The notes under the pieces are model-generated. The model saw only the letters and a program-made list of their open reading frames with translations. It was not told the origin of the DNA and did no database searches. Source: a virus (taxonomy: Duplodnaviria > Caudoviricetes). Taken from it: 64,000 nt of DNA. This document shows, piece by piece, positions 17,878-27,931 of the stretch. Where the stretch lies: positions 64,001 through 128,000 of IMG/VR virus record IMGVR_UViG_3300030330_005258. One strand, given 5' to 3'. Both the position numbers and the translations under genes were made by a program. The first letter of the stretch is position 1. Every line of letters begins with the position of its first letter.

Positions 17878-20800
17878 ATGGCAAATCCTTCCCCTTTCCT
17901 GCAATATCAGGACAAAAATGGCGATTTTCTTCTTGATGATTGCGAGATAAAACTACCGGGACCAATTGAGAAAGTATGTCTTGATTGTGTGCCAAACCCA
18001 AAGGCACTTGTCCAGAACTGGAAAACGAGCTTAAATACTCCCTTTCTTAATGAAAAGTTGTGTCTATACCAAGTTGGTGTCAAGACATCCCACACAGATA
18101 CGGGCGGCAACGATGGCATTATAGAAAGATTTGAAATCTATAAAGAAGAAGCCATAGAATTATTTTTGGATGAATATGAAAAAGAGGTTGGTGTAAAAAA
18201 TATAGAGGCTCTTCGGGCAGCCATAATATATGATCCAGAAAAAGACTTTCAACTTGAAGCTAGGTCAAATTCAGTCCTTTCTCTCTTATACTCCGTCCCA
18301 TTTGAAGTAATTGAGAATCTTGAAGATGCGTCAGATGACAACGACGACGACGAGAGAGAGCCAATTGAGGTCACCTACCTAGCTTCTGAACTACCTGTTT
18401 TGTTTACAAGAGTCAGGAAGGGTCTTGGGCTTTACTCCCGATACACCACCGCAGAAAATGTGCTTAATGGCTCTAGTCTTGTGTTTGACAAAAGCCGCTC
18501 CGTTTTCAATATCAATGACTATGGAGACCGTGGATTTGGCAGAAGCAGCCAAATGGCTAAAGTATTTGTTGAGCTTGATAGGTTTTTAAACCGCAGAGGA
18601 TTCAACATTGTGGGCGCCGGGTCATTTGGTTTTGGAAGAGATAGGGTTGTAAAATTAAAGATTGGGTTTGATAAAAATTTCAAAGTTAAAAAATTAGCAG
18701 TTTTTTCTCTTGGTTGTAGAGAAAAGCCAAAGGTGTTCAAGGGCAGAAAAATCTCTGCTTTGAATAGAATAGATGTATTTAAAGACCGTACCGCCATGGC
18801 TTATTTTGCTCAATTGGCAGATATGGAGAGAGATCTAACCGCTAGAAGTCCAAAAAAATTCACTGAGTTTATCATGGACTACACATTCCCAACTGTTGTA
18901 TTCTTAAATGCGGAAGAGATTCTGGAGGGAGAGACAAATTGTGTTGCTGACAAAATCAGAGACACTGTCCAGGGTCTTGGTCAAGACTTGCTTGACGATG
19001 TGCTTGGCATTGGAGATATTCTTGCATACCAATTTCATAAACACATATGCAGAACAGAAGAAGAAGAAAATAGCCTGAGAGAACAATTTGGAGAAGTCTA
19101 TCGACCTGTTGAAGAAATGTCGATATTTGGTAACAAGAACAAGGAAAAGGAATCAGTCTTCAGCAAAGGAAGCCTGGGTGCGATTGGCGGAATGGCTAAA
19201 CAACAAGCATATGAAAAACTACAAGCCAATCCCAATGTTTTTGTTCAGCTATGTGCTGATGTTCTTATCGCCGGAACTCCTGTCGGCGGCGCCGTCAGTG
19301 TTCGCGGAATTTGGGATGCATCTTTTAATAAATTAAAGCTTTGTGGTCTGCTTGATTTCCTTCTTGACGCTCTTGGGTGTTTGTGGGGAGGCTTGGAGCT
19401 TGAAGAAGCATTAAGAATAGCTCTAACCAGTGCCTTACAGGCGATGGGTATTAAGAATTTTGGTGTACTATTTGTCGGATTGCCACCAGAAGAGCAAGCA
19501 GAGCTTGACGCGCTTGTGAAAAGAAAGCTTGCTGAGTCAAGACAGTCTGCCGATACAAGACAGACGGCAGCCCAAGACCAACAAAGAGATTCTGTTGATA
19601 CCCCGGATCCGCGCCGAGATGAAAGTGGATTTTTTGGAGGTACATTTGGTGAAATAGATTTTGTCAAGCCATTCGAAGACCCTGCACTAATGGAACAAGA
19701 GGACGCCGCAAGAACAGCCGGACCTTATGAGGGTACCACTGTTTCTAGCGGTGTGTATGAAGCGCAAAGCAGCAACTTTGGAAGAAGACCAAGAATAGGA
19801 ACAACCTACAACAATCCAGAAGAAATATCTGGACGACAAACTGCTGCCGCCGATGCCATAAAGAGTTTAGACAAGAGGGCGGAACAAACCTTTTCACCTG
19901 ATGTCATAATGGAAGCCTATATACTTGCCCTTGTTGAATACTATTCAGGTAGGCTATTAGATCTCGTTGACAAACTAAATGAATTTCCAGGCGCTGAGAT
20001 TATTAGTAAAATTCTTGCAGTTGTGGATTGTCCACGCCCACCATTGTTCACACCAAGTGTGATGGATTTCTTAAAAGACATTGAGCTTCCATTTTGTAGA
20101 AACATCGGCGACGTCGCGCTACCAAAATTTTTTCTGCCTCCGATAAGCTTGAAAGATATTTTAAAAAGACTTGCAATTGCCATTGCGGAAGCGATTATTC
20201 AATATGTGCTGGATATTCTATTAAAACTGATGATCAAGATATGTGAAATTCTTGGGGAGGCAATCTGTAAAGCTCTTGAAACTGCCGGAAATATTATTGG
20301 CGGTCTCCCTGGGTTGATAACTGGCAATACCACTATTCGTGATATTGTCAGAGATTCAATATGTGGTCCTGGCGCTTCTGATGAAGATGTGGATGACTCT
20401 ATCGCAGCCATGTTTGAGACCCTCGGAGGCGCTGGCGCTAATTTGGCGAATAAGGACAAGGTTCTTGAATTCAACGAGGCGATTGCATCTTCATCGACCC
20501 GTCAAGAAATAATTGATGCTTCACTAGGCAATCCATCCCAAGAATTCTTGTCAATTGTAGACACCATAATCGATGTTCAATTCCCAGAATTCAGGGACGC
20601 CATGCCAAATACACAGGCTATTGGCTCGTTCTTCAGTAACTTTGGTAATCTATTGCCCGCAGAAGTTAAAGCCCAGTTGGACGACATAGCAAATCAAAAT
20701 TACGAAAACCTAGATTTGCCAGCAAACCCGACACTGTGTGCCACGCCGGATCAGATTGCTGAATTCTGTGCAGTCCGAGCGAGTATTTTAGAGGGAAGAG

Positions 20801-23800
20801 CATCAGATGAACAAATAGCAACCCTGTGTACACGACCAACACAAGATTTTGCCGATTTGAATAATGTTCTTCAAGATGGTATTCCTGGCACAATTATGAA
20901 TAACATGCCCCCAATACTGTCAGACCCAGGCTGTAGCAACGGCTTATTCCCATATGAGCCTGAAGAATTGCAATCAGCAGCTTCTGCTGGGTTAACAGCC
21001 GATCTAGAGAACTTAAAGGTTGCCTATTCTTTTGATATGCTTGGCAATGGTATTGGCAAGAAGAACTGGGGATATATGAACATGGTTCTCAGTGACACTA
21101 TGGGCAGACCTTTCACAAACCATATGAGAAATGTGAATAGATTCGCGCTATTTGGTAGTAAAAAATATGTTGATTTCTATGTTGATCAGGAGGCAAACGA
21201 TGAAGATGATGGAGGCGATGACGTTGGGCTTTTTGGATATGGTCCCGAGCGCAAGCAAAGAGGTGCATTCCCGGTATATGTTGGTGAATGGGCAGCAACC
21301 TATTGGAATGGAAGCTCTGACAAAATAAAAGTCAATACACCAAATAATTCTTTAACCGATCCAAAAACATTTACAATTGAAACAAACGATGACATAACTG
21401 CTTTGTACAATTATGGCTACAACATGAAGTATAAGCCGACCGAAGATGGATATAAAATTACAAGAAGACGAAGAAAATCACAAGCAGATATAGTCTTAAA
21501 ATTTAGAGATAACAGAGACGGCAATGGTGACGGCTTGTTTAATGACGAAAATATGTCCCTTGGTTATAATCTTAAGTTTTTCTTCTCTGCCATACGCGAT
21601 GGTGGAAACACCAGAGACAACAATGTTAGAGTGCTTATCAACCGAACAGAGAATAATGACAACTATAAAATTGATCAAGAAGAAGCCTACGGCGCTGAAT
21701 ATGATACTACAATTCCAGAAGAGAGCGAAGAGAGAAAAAAGAGCAAAAAAGTGATCTCAAATAGGAGATATGAATTTGTTGGTTCTGATGGCAGCGTTGA
21801 CGATTTATTGGATGAAATCGGTAGCCAATTTATTAGCGAATATCCCAAATTTGAAACAAGTTTGGATGAGGGCGGAAAGGAATCGCCACTAATAGTTCTA
21901 ATGTCCGAGATGCTTGGAATATCAATTTCGCAAGCTAAATCTTACTGGACTACATCAACAGAGAAGATAATCGAATCCTTTGGGAATAAAATATTTAATT
22001 TGGATACTAACAAATCTTTTATGTATGGGGCAAAGCCAAACACCCTCACAAGTGAAGATGCACAATACGGCGTAGTGCGTAACGGCAATTTTGTCCCTTA
22101 CGCAGATGTTGAGGTTGATGGCGAAACCTTATCAAACGACGATTCCGTATTAGGCATCAGTAGGGACCAGCACAAAAACGGTGATAAAGCAAGAGTTTAT
22201 TATTTAGACCCAAATAAGTTTGGTGGTTCTTACATCAACCCCAAGGTATACATCAAGCCAGTCGATACCGAAGGTCTGTTGGGTCTTGTAAATGTGATGT
22301 TCCCGGAGCTTAGCCCCTGCAAGCCACAGAATACTGATTTAGTTGACTTTGGGGATATTGCCTCAACAATCTCTAACAGCTATGCGAACTATCCCGACGA
22401 TCCGCGTTTGGCTAGCGATCCAGATTGTGTGGTTGAAAAGCCATTTGATAGAATTTTAAGTAGAGCAGCAAAGTCAGGCATAGAAGGAACTATTGCTGCC
22501 GCTTGTCGAATTTATGCATCGATTCACTTTTTAAAAACAATAAATACTTTTGCTGTGTTAAAGCCTGATTTTAAAAATAATATGAGCACCATGTACGCAT
22601 CGTTTATCTTGGAACACATGGAAAGAGAAATGAGAGATTCACAAGGTGCTTTTGGCGAATTGTTCAATCCTTTTAAAGATGACGAATTCTACTATGCTTT
22701 CTTGGAACAAGCAGTGCAAACTTATTTCCAAATGGTTCAGTCTGGAAAAATCACAGAGGTGCCTACAGACATTGAATCTGCTTTGGAGAGGATAGGCGAT
22801 GCGCAAAACAAATATAAGTATCCCGATAGAGATAGAATGCAAAAGGCGAAAGCAAATGGAAACGCCCCTGTGTTTCAAACACTGCCGCAGTTTAGAGAGG
22901 ATAGAAACCTCGCAGCAGTAAAATCTGTAGAAGAGGATTGTAAACTTATTCTTAAGGAATTTATGGTCAAAGAAGTCAACTACCTATCTAATGTATTTTA
23001 CGAAAATATGATATCTGAAGGCTTTATTGACAAAGACACATACATCTACAATGTTATGTATTATATTCTATCTGCTGAATCTGGTCTTACCGCCGGCTCA
23101 GAACTTGATATGGCAGGAGAAATAAAAGAAGAAGTAGTTGATATACCCACTGGCGATAACCAATACACGGATGGCAATATGCTGGCCTTAGAGGATGGTA
23201 CCCCTTATGTTGGATATTACCATAATCATGTGGATGAAGCAGGCGATACGATCTTTATGGTAGGAGGGGAACATAGTATAGAGGCTCACGCTGTTCTCCG
23301 CCCCTTTGCTAATAAAGTACAAGTAAACATAGGCAACATCAAGGGCGCCACCAGCGCAGGGGATAAGCCTTTTTACATTAGAAAGTATATTAAGGTAGAA
23401 GGTAGCAAAACTTATGATGACGCAATATCTGGTGTTGTAGACACTCTAAGGGGCGGCGGCGACACACTGGTATCAGAGGCTTATCCCGGCTCGCTTGAGC
23501 ATGTCTACGACGCTGGAACGCCAGAAGCTATACAAAATAGAGTTGCGAGAGTGCGCGAGAAGGCTGAGTCTGAAGGTAGGGACCCTACACCTGACGAACT
23601 AAGCGCGGCAAGAGAAGGCGACGGGCGCCCCGTCGTTGGTCTCAAGGGTGAGCTTGGTGTAAGATATGGGCTAGAGTTCAGAGCCTCCACGGGAGATCTT
23701 ATCGCCAGTTCCGAAATTGATGTGCTCGATCTGCCCCTAAGTATGCTACAGCCACTTGAGGGCGGAAGCAAAGAATTGCTGTGCCTCATTAATAAATTAA

Positions 23801-24309
23801 TAGATGATCCAAAATTTAAATTATTTATGGATTATGCGTTGCCTGTGAGAAAAATGGTATCTGCATTAGCCATCTATAATGACTTAACTTATCTCCAATC
23901 AATTGGGCAGATATCCAGTGGAGGTAAAAAGGTAAATAAATCTAATATAGGTGAAAAACCCGGCATTAAAGTTGACTCTAACGGGAACTTTATAAGGCAA
24001 GTGCCCGGCTGGATCCCTAGAAAAGAGCGCCCTGGGGGGCTGTTTGTACTCACTTGGGACGAGTGGAACCGGCAGACTCTTGGTAAATCAACCGCAGTGT
24101 TGAAAAAGATGTTTAAATCTTATTATTATTCTCGTGATTTTGGCAAGCAAGATAGACCTACGCCCACCGGCGCGCAAATTGCTATTCAAAATCTGAAAGA
24201 GAAATTTAAGTTTGCACCCGGCGATCGATCGGTGCCTCGTTGGAACCGTAGAGCAAGTAATCCGTTCGATGCCCGAGGTCGTATGTGCGAGAGATCAGAT
24301 GACAACTAA
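17878..24309 (+). CDS. Very large virion structural protein (2143 aa)
   Basis: Long uninterrupted ORF in the baseplate module; DKNGD Ca-binding-like start, many Cys, hydrophobic helical segments. Confidence 0.7.
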   Translation: MANPSPFLQYQDKNGDFLLDDCEIKLPGPIEKVCLDCVPNPKALVQNWKTSLNTPFLNEKLCLYQVGVKTSHTDTGGNDGIIERFEIYKEEAIELFLDEYEKEVGVKNIEALRAAIIYDPEKDFQLEARSNSVLSLLYSVPFEVIENLEDASDDNDDDEREPIEVTYLASELPVLFTRVRKGLGLYSRYTTAENVLNGSSLVFDKSRSVFNINDYGDRGFGRSSQMAKVFVELDRFLNRRGFNIVGAGSFGFGRDRVVKLKIGFDKNFKVKKLAVFSLGCREKPKVFKGRKISALNRIDVFKDRTAMAYFAQLADMERDLTARSPKKFTEFIMDYTFPTVVFLNAEEILEGETNCVADKIRDTVQGLGQDLLDDVLGIGDILAYQFHKHICRTEEEENSLREQFGEVYRPVEEMSIFGNKNKEKESVFSKGSLGAIGGMAKQQAYEKLQANPNVFVQLCADVLIAGTPVGGAVSVRGIWDASFNKLKLCGLLDFLLDALGCLWGGLELEEALRIALTSALQAMGIKNFGVLFVGLPPEEQAELDALVKRKLAESRQSADTRQTAAQDQQRDSVDTPDPRRDESGFFGGTFGEIDFVKPFEDPALMEQEDAARTAGPYEGTTVSSGVYEAQSSNFGRRPRIGTTYNNPEEISGRQTAAADAIKSLDKRAEQTFSPDVIMEAYILALVEYYSGRLLDLVDKLNEFPGAEIISKILAVVDCPRPPLFTPSVMDFLKDIELPFCRNIGDVALPKFFLPPISLKDILKRLAIAIAEAIIQYVLDILLKLMIKICEILGEAICKALETAGNIIGGLPGLITGNTTIRDIVRDSICGPGASDEDVDDSIAAMFETLGGAGANLANKDKVLEFNEAIASSSTRQEIIDASLGNPSQEFLSIVDTIIDVQFPEFRDAMPNTQAIGSFFSNFGNLLPAEVKAQLDDIANQNYENLDLPANPTLCATPDQIAEFCAVRASILEGRASDEQIATLCTRPTQDFADLNNVLQDGIPGTIMNNMPPILSDPGCSNGLFPYEPEELQSAASAGLTADLENLKVAYSFDMLGNGIGKKNWGYMNMVLSDTMGRPFTNHMRNVNRFALFGSKKYVDFYVDQEANDEDDGGDDVGLFGYGPERKQRGAFPVYVGEWAATYWNGSSDKIKVNTPNNSLTDPKTFTIETNDDITALYNYGYNMKYKPTEDGYKITRRRRKSQADIVLKFRDNRDGNGDGLFNDENMSLGYNLKFFFSAIRDGGNTRDNNVRVLINRTENNDNYKIDQEEAYGAEYDTTIPEESEERKKSKKVISNRRYEFVGSDGSVDDLLDEIGSQFISEYPKFETSLDEGGKESPLIVLMSEMLGISISQAKSYWTTSTEKIIESFGNKIFNLDTNKSFMYGAKPNTLTSEDAQYGVVRNGNFVPYADVEVDGETLSNDDSVLGISRDQHKNGDKARVYYLDPNKFGGSYINPKVYIKPVDTEGLLGLVNVMFPELSPCKPQNTDLVDFGDIASTISNSYANYPDDPRLASDPDCVVEKPFDRILSRAAKSGIEGTIAAACRIYASIHFLKTINTFAVLKPDFKNNMSTMYASFILEHMEREMRDSQGAFGELFNPFKDDEFYYAFLEQAVQTYFQMVQSGKITEVPTDIESALERIGDAQNKYKYPDRDRMQKAKANGNAPVFQTLPQFREDRNLAAVKSVEEDCKLILKEFMVKEVNYLSNVFYENMISEGFIDKDTYIYNVMYYILSAESGLTAGSELDMAGEIKEEVVDIPTGDNQYTDGNMLALEDGTPYVGYYHNHVDEAGDTIFMVGGEHSIEAHAVLRPFANKVQVNIGNIKGATSAGDKPFYIRKYIKVEGSKTYDDAISGVVDTLRGGGDTLVSEAYPGSLEHVYDAGTPEAIQNRVARVREKAESEGRDPTPDELSAAREGDGRPVVGLKGELGVRYGLEFRASTGDLIASSEIDVLDLPLSMLQPLEGGSKELLCLINKLIDDPKFKLFMDYALPVRKMVSALAIYNDLTYLQSIGQISSGGKKVNKSNIGEKPGIKVDSNGNFIRQVPGWIPRKERPGGLFVLTWDEWNRQTLGKSTAVLKKMFKSYYYSRDFGKQDRPTPTGAQIAIQNLKEKFKFAPGDRSVPRWNRRASNPFDARGRMCERSDDN

Positions 24310-24313
24310 TTAT
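24305..24313 (+). promoter_or_regulatory. Putative late promoter ACTAATTAT
   Basis: Just upstream of the SD and ATG of the gp25-like gene. Confidence 0.5.
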
Positions 24314-24331
24314 AAACGTGAGGTAAAATGA

Positions 24332-24700
24332 ATGGCTTCTTTGGCACCCAAACTACCGCTTACTTTAGATTCTGGCGATGGCTATACATCAATTAAAAGA
24401 CTAAAAGATTTAATAAAACAAAATTTCAAAATGTTAATCTTAACAAATCCGGGAGAAAGGGTTATGAACCCTGATTTTGGCGTTGGAATTAGGCAATTTT
24501 TATTTGAGAACTTTGAAAGCGATGTTTATGCAAGAATAGATACCAAAATCAGAGAACAGGCTGCTTTTTACTTGCCAGTTATTACAATACAAAGTATACA
24601 ATTTGGAACTGGCACAATAGAGGATAACTCCCTTGGTCTTCGCATAGAATACAGGATACCAGATATAGCCGCTAGAGATTTGCTTGAGTTTACTATTTAA
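24332..24700 (+). CDS. Baseplate wedge/sheath initiator, T4 gp25-like
   Basis: IKQNFKMLILTNPGERVMNPDFGVGIRQFLFE (GPW/gp25 signature). Confidence 0.92.
   Translation: MASLAPKLPLTLDSGDGYTSIKRLKDLIKQNFKMLILTNPGERVMNPDFGVGIRQFLFENFESDVYARIDTKIREQAAFYLPVITIQSIQFGTGTIEDNSLGLRIEYRIPDIAARDLLEFTI
24692..24700 (+). promoter_or_regulatory. Putative late promoter ACTATTTAA
   Basis: Upstream of the gp6-like gene. Confidence 0.5.
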
Positions 24701-24716
24701 GGTGAGGTACGCTTAG

Positions 24717-26513
24717 ATGGGAAATAAAAAAATAAATACGCCTGCAATCAATTACACCAATAGAGAATATGAAGGCATAAGGGAAGACCTTACGCAAATA
24801 GCAGAGCGCTTCTATCCTGATACATTTCAAGACTTTAGTGAAGCTTCGTTTGGTGCCATGATGCTAGACGCAGTGGCATACGTTGGCGACCAGCTTTCTT
24901 TTTATCTTGATTACAATGTAAACGAGGCGTTTTTAGATACATCATACCAGCTAAATAATATTATTAGGCACGGGCGCGTGCTTGGCTACAAAATTCCTGG
25001 CCGCCCTTCAACTTTTGGAACAGTTGCTTTGTATGTGCTGGTCCCCGCTAGTTTGACTGCCCTTGGACCCGACAGAAGATACATACCAATAATAAAAAGA
25101 GGAACGAGATTTAATAGCACAAATGGATCTAATTTTGTTCTAACCGAAGATGTCAACATGGCAGAATCATCCAACCCGGTAGTGGTGGCCAGAACTGATG
25201 CCACGACCGGAGCCCCAACATTTTTTGCTGTCAAGTCATACGGCAAAGTTGTTTCGGGTTTCTTTAACACAGAAACAATTGATGTCGGTGCATTTGAAAG
25301 ATTTAGAAGAGTTCAACTTACTGAGCCTAATGTTTCAGAAATTATTAGTGTTTTTGACTCCGAAGGCAATGAATATTTTGAAGTTGAGAATCTTTCGCAA
25401 GACACTGTATTCAAAACTTTAACAAACAAAAATTATAAAAACGATAATGTTCCTTCAGTTATGAAACCCCTTTTGGTAAATAGAAAATTCATGACCGTGT
25501 TTGATAGAGACGGCGTTGCACTACAATTTGGAAGCGGTGACGAACTGAAAGGCGATGTAGTTGCAGAACCACAAAGTTTAGCTATTGATGTTTTTGGAAA
25601 ATCTTATGTGACTGATACATCATTTGATCCAAGCAGATTGGTTTCAAACAAATACTACGGAATTGTTCCACAAAATACAGCGTTGACAATATTATATCGA
25701 CAAACAAATCCAACGAATTCGAATGTAGCAGCAGGTTCTATCAGCAATGTCGCAAGTTCAATTTTAGAATTTGAAGATTCATCTGTACTAGCTGCTGGGA
25801 GCATTAGGGCTGTTAGGGCTTCTCTTGAGGTTTCAAATGAAACCCCGATTGTCGGAAACGTATCAAACCCAACATCTGCTGAAGTTAAACAAAGAATCTA
25901 CGACACCTTTCCAACACAAAATAGGGCGGTAACACAAAGGGATTATGAAAATCTGGTTTATAGAATGCCCGCCAGCTTTGGGTCAATTAAGAGATGTTCA
26001 GTACAAAAAGACCCAGATTCACAAAAACGAAATCTCAATGTCTATGTTGTTTCAGAAGATCCCCAGGGAAAATTAATTAACTCAAACACTACCATAAAGG
26101 AAAATATCAAGACTTGGCTAAATCATTATCGTATGATTAACGATACAATTGATATTCTTGATCCATTTATAATAAATATTGGAATTAATTTTGTTGTCAA
26201 ACCAGAAGTTAATTCTGATAAATTTAAAGTTTTAAACGATTGCGTAAACGCCATAGCTGCGGAGTATAACAATCCACTTTTCATTGGAGAATCCCTATCT
26301 CTCTCTAGAATTTTCAATATTTTGAATAATGTAAATGGTGTTAATGATGCAGTGAAGGTGCAGATTGTTAATAAAAATTCATCAAACTACTCAAATGTAT
26401 TTTTCCAAATTGGTGAAAATATGTCCCCCGACGGAGATATGCTAATATGCCCAAAGAACGCCATATTTGAACTAAAATTTCCAGAAGTAGATGTAAAAGG
26501 TAAGCTAAGGTAA
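24717..26513 (+). CDS. Baseplate wedge subunit, T4 gp6-like
   Basis: NYTNREYEGIREDL, DFSEASFGAMMLD.VAYVGDQLSFY, LQFGSG, QNRAVT.RDY. Confidence 0.9.
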   Translation: MGNKKINTPAINYTNREYEGIREDLTQIAERFYPDTFQDFSEASFGAMMLDAVAYVGDQLSFYLDYNVNEAFLDTSYQLNNIIRHGRVLGYKIPGRPSTFGTVALYVLVPASLTALGPDRRYIPIIKRGTRFNSTNGSNFVLTEDVNMAESSNPVVVARTDATTGAPTFFAVKSYGKVVSGFFNTETIDVGAFERFRRVQLTEPNVSEIISVFDSEGNEYFEVENLSQDTVFKTLTNKNYKNDNVPSVMKPLLVNRKFMTVFDRDGVALQFGSGDELKGDVVAEPQSLAIDVFGKSYVTDTSFDPSRLVSNKYYGIVPQNTALTILYRQTNPTNSNVAAGSISNVASSILEFEDSSVLAAGSIRAVRASLEVSNETPIVGNVSNPTSAEVKQRIYDTFPTQNRAVTQRDYENLVYRMPASFGSIKRCSVQKDPDSQKRNLNVYVVSEDPQGKLINSNTTIKENIKTWLNHYRMINDTIDILDPFIINIGINFVVKPEVNSDKFKVLNDCVNAIAAEYNNPLFIGESLSLSRIFNILNNVNGVNDAVKVQIVNKNSSNYSNVFFQIGENMSPDGDMLICPKNAIFELKFPEVDVKGKLR

Positions 26514-27931
26514 TGGCAATTAGAAGATATAAGGCAACAGCCGACAACACAATAGCGAATGGCTATCAAGAAAATTTAGCTACTCGTGCCACAGGCTCCA
26601 ATATGGGACTGGCAGATGTTAGTGAGGTTTATTCTATTTATGGCAGACAATCAGCAGCTTCATCAGAATTATCAAGAATAATTACACAATTTGATGTAGC
26701 TTCGATTACTGCTGATAGGAATGCGGGCGATATACCTGCATCTGGGCAAGTAAAATTTTATTTGAAACTTTATAACGCTGAAACTTCTAAAACTGTTCCA
26801 AAAGATTTTAAACTAGTTGTAGAGGCGATTTCTCGTGCTTGGACTGAAGGTGACGGCTTGGATCTTGAAAACTACAAAGATCTTGGTGTTTCAAATTGGA
26901 TTAGCGCCTCCAGTGGTGTAGCCTGGACAACTGCGGGTGGCGACTATCACGCAACTCCAACATATGAGCAGACATTCGAGACTGGTCTTGAAGATTTAGA
27001 AATTGATATTTCGACACTCGTAGAACAATGGATAGCAGAATCTAAAGCAAATTATGGTGTTGGTGTGAGATTAACATCTTCATTGGAGTCGGCTACAGAC
27101 TCTTACTATACTAAAAGATTTTTTGCAAGAGGCACACAATACTTTTTTAAAAAACCTGTAATTGAAGCTAGATGGGATTCGTCAATCCAAGACGACAGAG
27201 GAGACTTTTATATGTCTTCTTCGTTAGCCCCGGCATCTGATAATTTAAATACTCTATATCTTTACAACTACATTCGCGGACAATTGACAAATATTCCTGC
27301 GGTTGGCACCGGAGAAATATATGTTGACCTTTACGAAACACTAGGCGAAACAGCATTGACCCAGGTAATTGCGACTCCCGCAACAGGCGGATATGTCTCA
27401 ACTGGAATATATTCTTGCTCTGTTTGCTTAACAGGGACTTACTCAACCTTGCGCGACGTTTGGCACACAGGCGGCGTTGAATACTTTACAGGAAGTATTT
27501 CTCCTGAATCGTTTGCGGCGACTTCATTTTCGAACGGCAACTACCGATATGTGACAAAAATAAAGAATTTAAGAAATAAATATTTCTCGGAGGAAGAGGC
27601 TCGCTTCAATGTCTACGTCAGAAACAAAAACTGGTCCCCAACTATTTATACAGTAGCGTCAGCGGAAATAGAAAATACCATTATTGCAAGCGCATCATAC
27701 AGAGTTTATAGAGTTTTGGATGGACTGAATGTTATACCACACGGCACCGGATCAGACTTACATACAATTCTTTCCTACGATGTTTCAGGAAACTATTTCA
27801 ATCTCGATATGTCGCTTCTTGAACCGGGATACGAATATGGCATCAAACTCGCATTCTATGATTCACAGAGGCAATCTTGGATCGAGCAAGACCAAAAATT
27901 CTTATTCCGAGTAGAAGATCATGAGTACTAG
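26513..27931 (+). CDS. Virion structural protein (baseplate/tail, beta-rich)
   Basis: ATADNTI, SRIITQFD, YLKLYNA, W.EG.G, W.TAGGDY, KPVIEARWD, NYFNLDMS.LEPG..Y. Confidence 0.7.
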   Translation: MAIRRYKATADNTIANGYQENLATRATGSNMGLADVSEVYSIYGRQSAASSELSRIITQFDVASITADRNAGDIPASGQVKFYLKLYNAETSKTVPKDFKLVVEAISRAWTEGDGLDLENYKDLGVSNWISASSGVAWTTAGGDYHATPTYEQTFETGLEDLEIDISTLVEQWIAESKANYGVGVRLTSSLESATDSYYTKRFFARGTQYFFKKPVIEARWDSSIQDDRGDFYMSSSLAPASDNLNTLYLYNYIRGQLTNIPAVGTGEIYVDLYETLGETALTQVIATPATGGYVSTGIYSCSVCLTGTYSTLRDVWHTGGVEYFTGSISPESFAATSFSNGNYRYVTKIKNLRNKYFSEEEARFNVYVRNKNWSPTIYTVASAEIENTIIASASYRVYRVLDGLNVIPHGTGSDLHTILSYDVSGNYFNLDMSLLEPGYEYGIKLAFYDSQRQSWIEQDQKFLFRVEDHEY

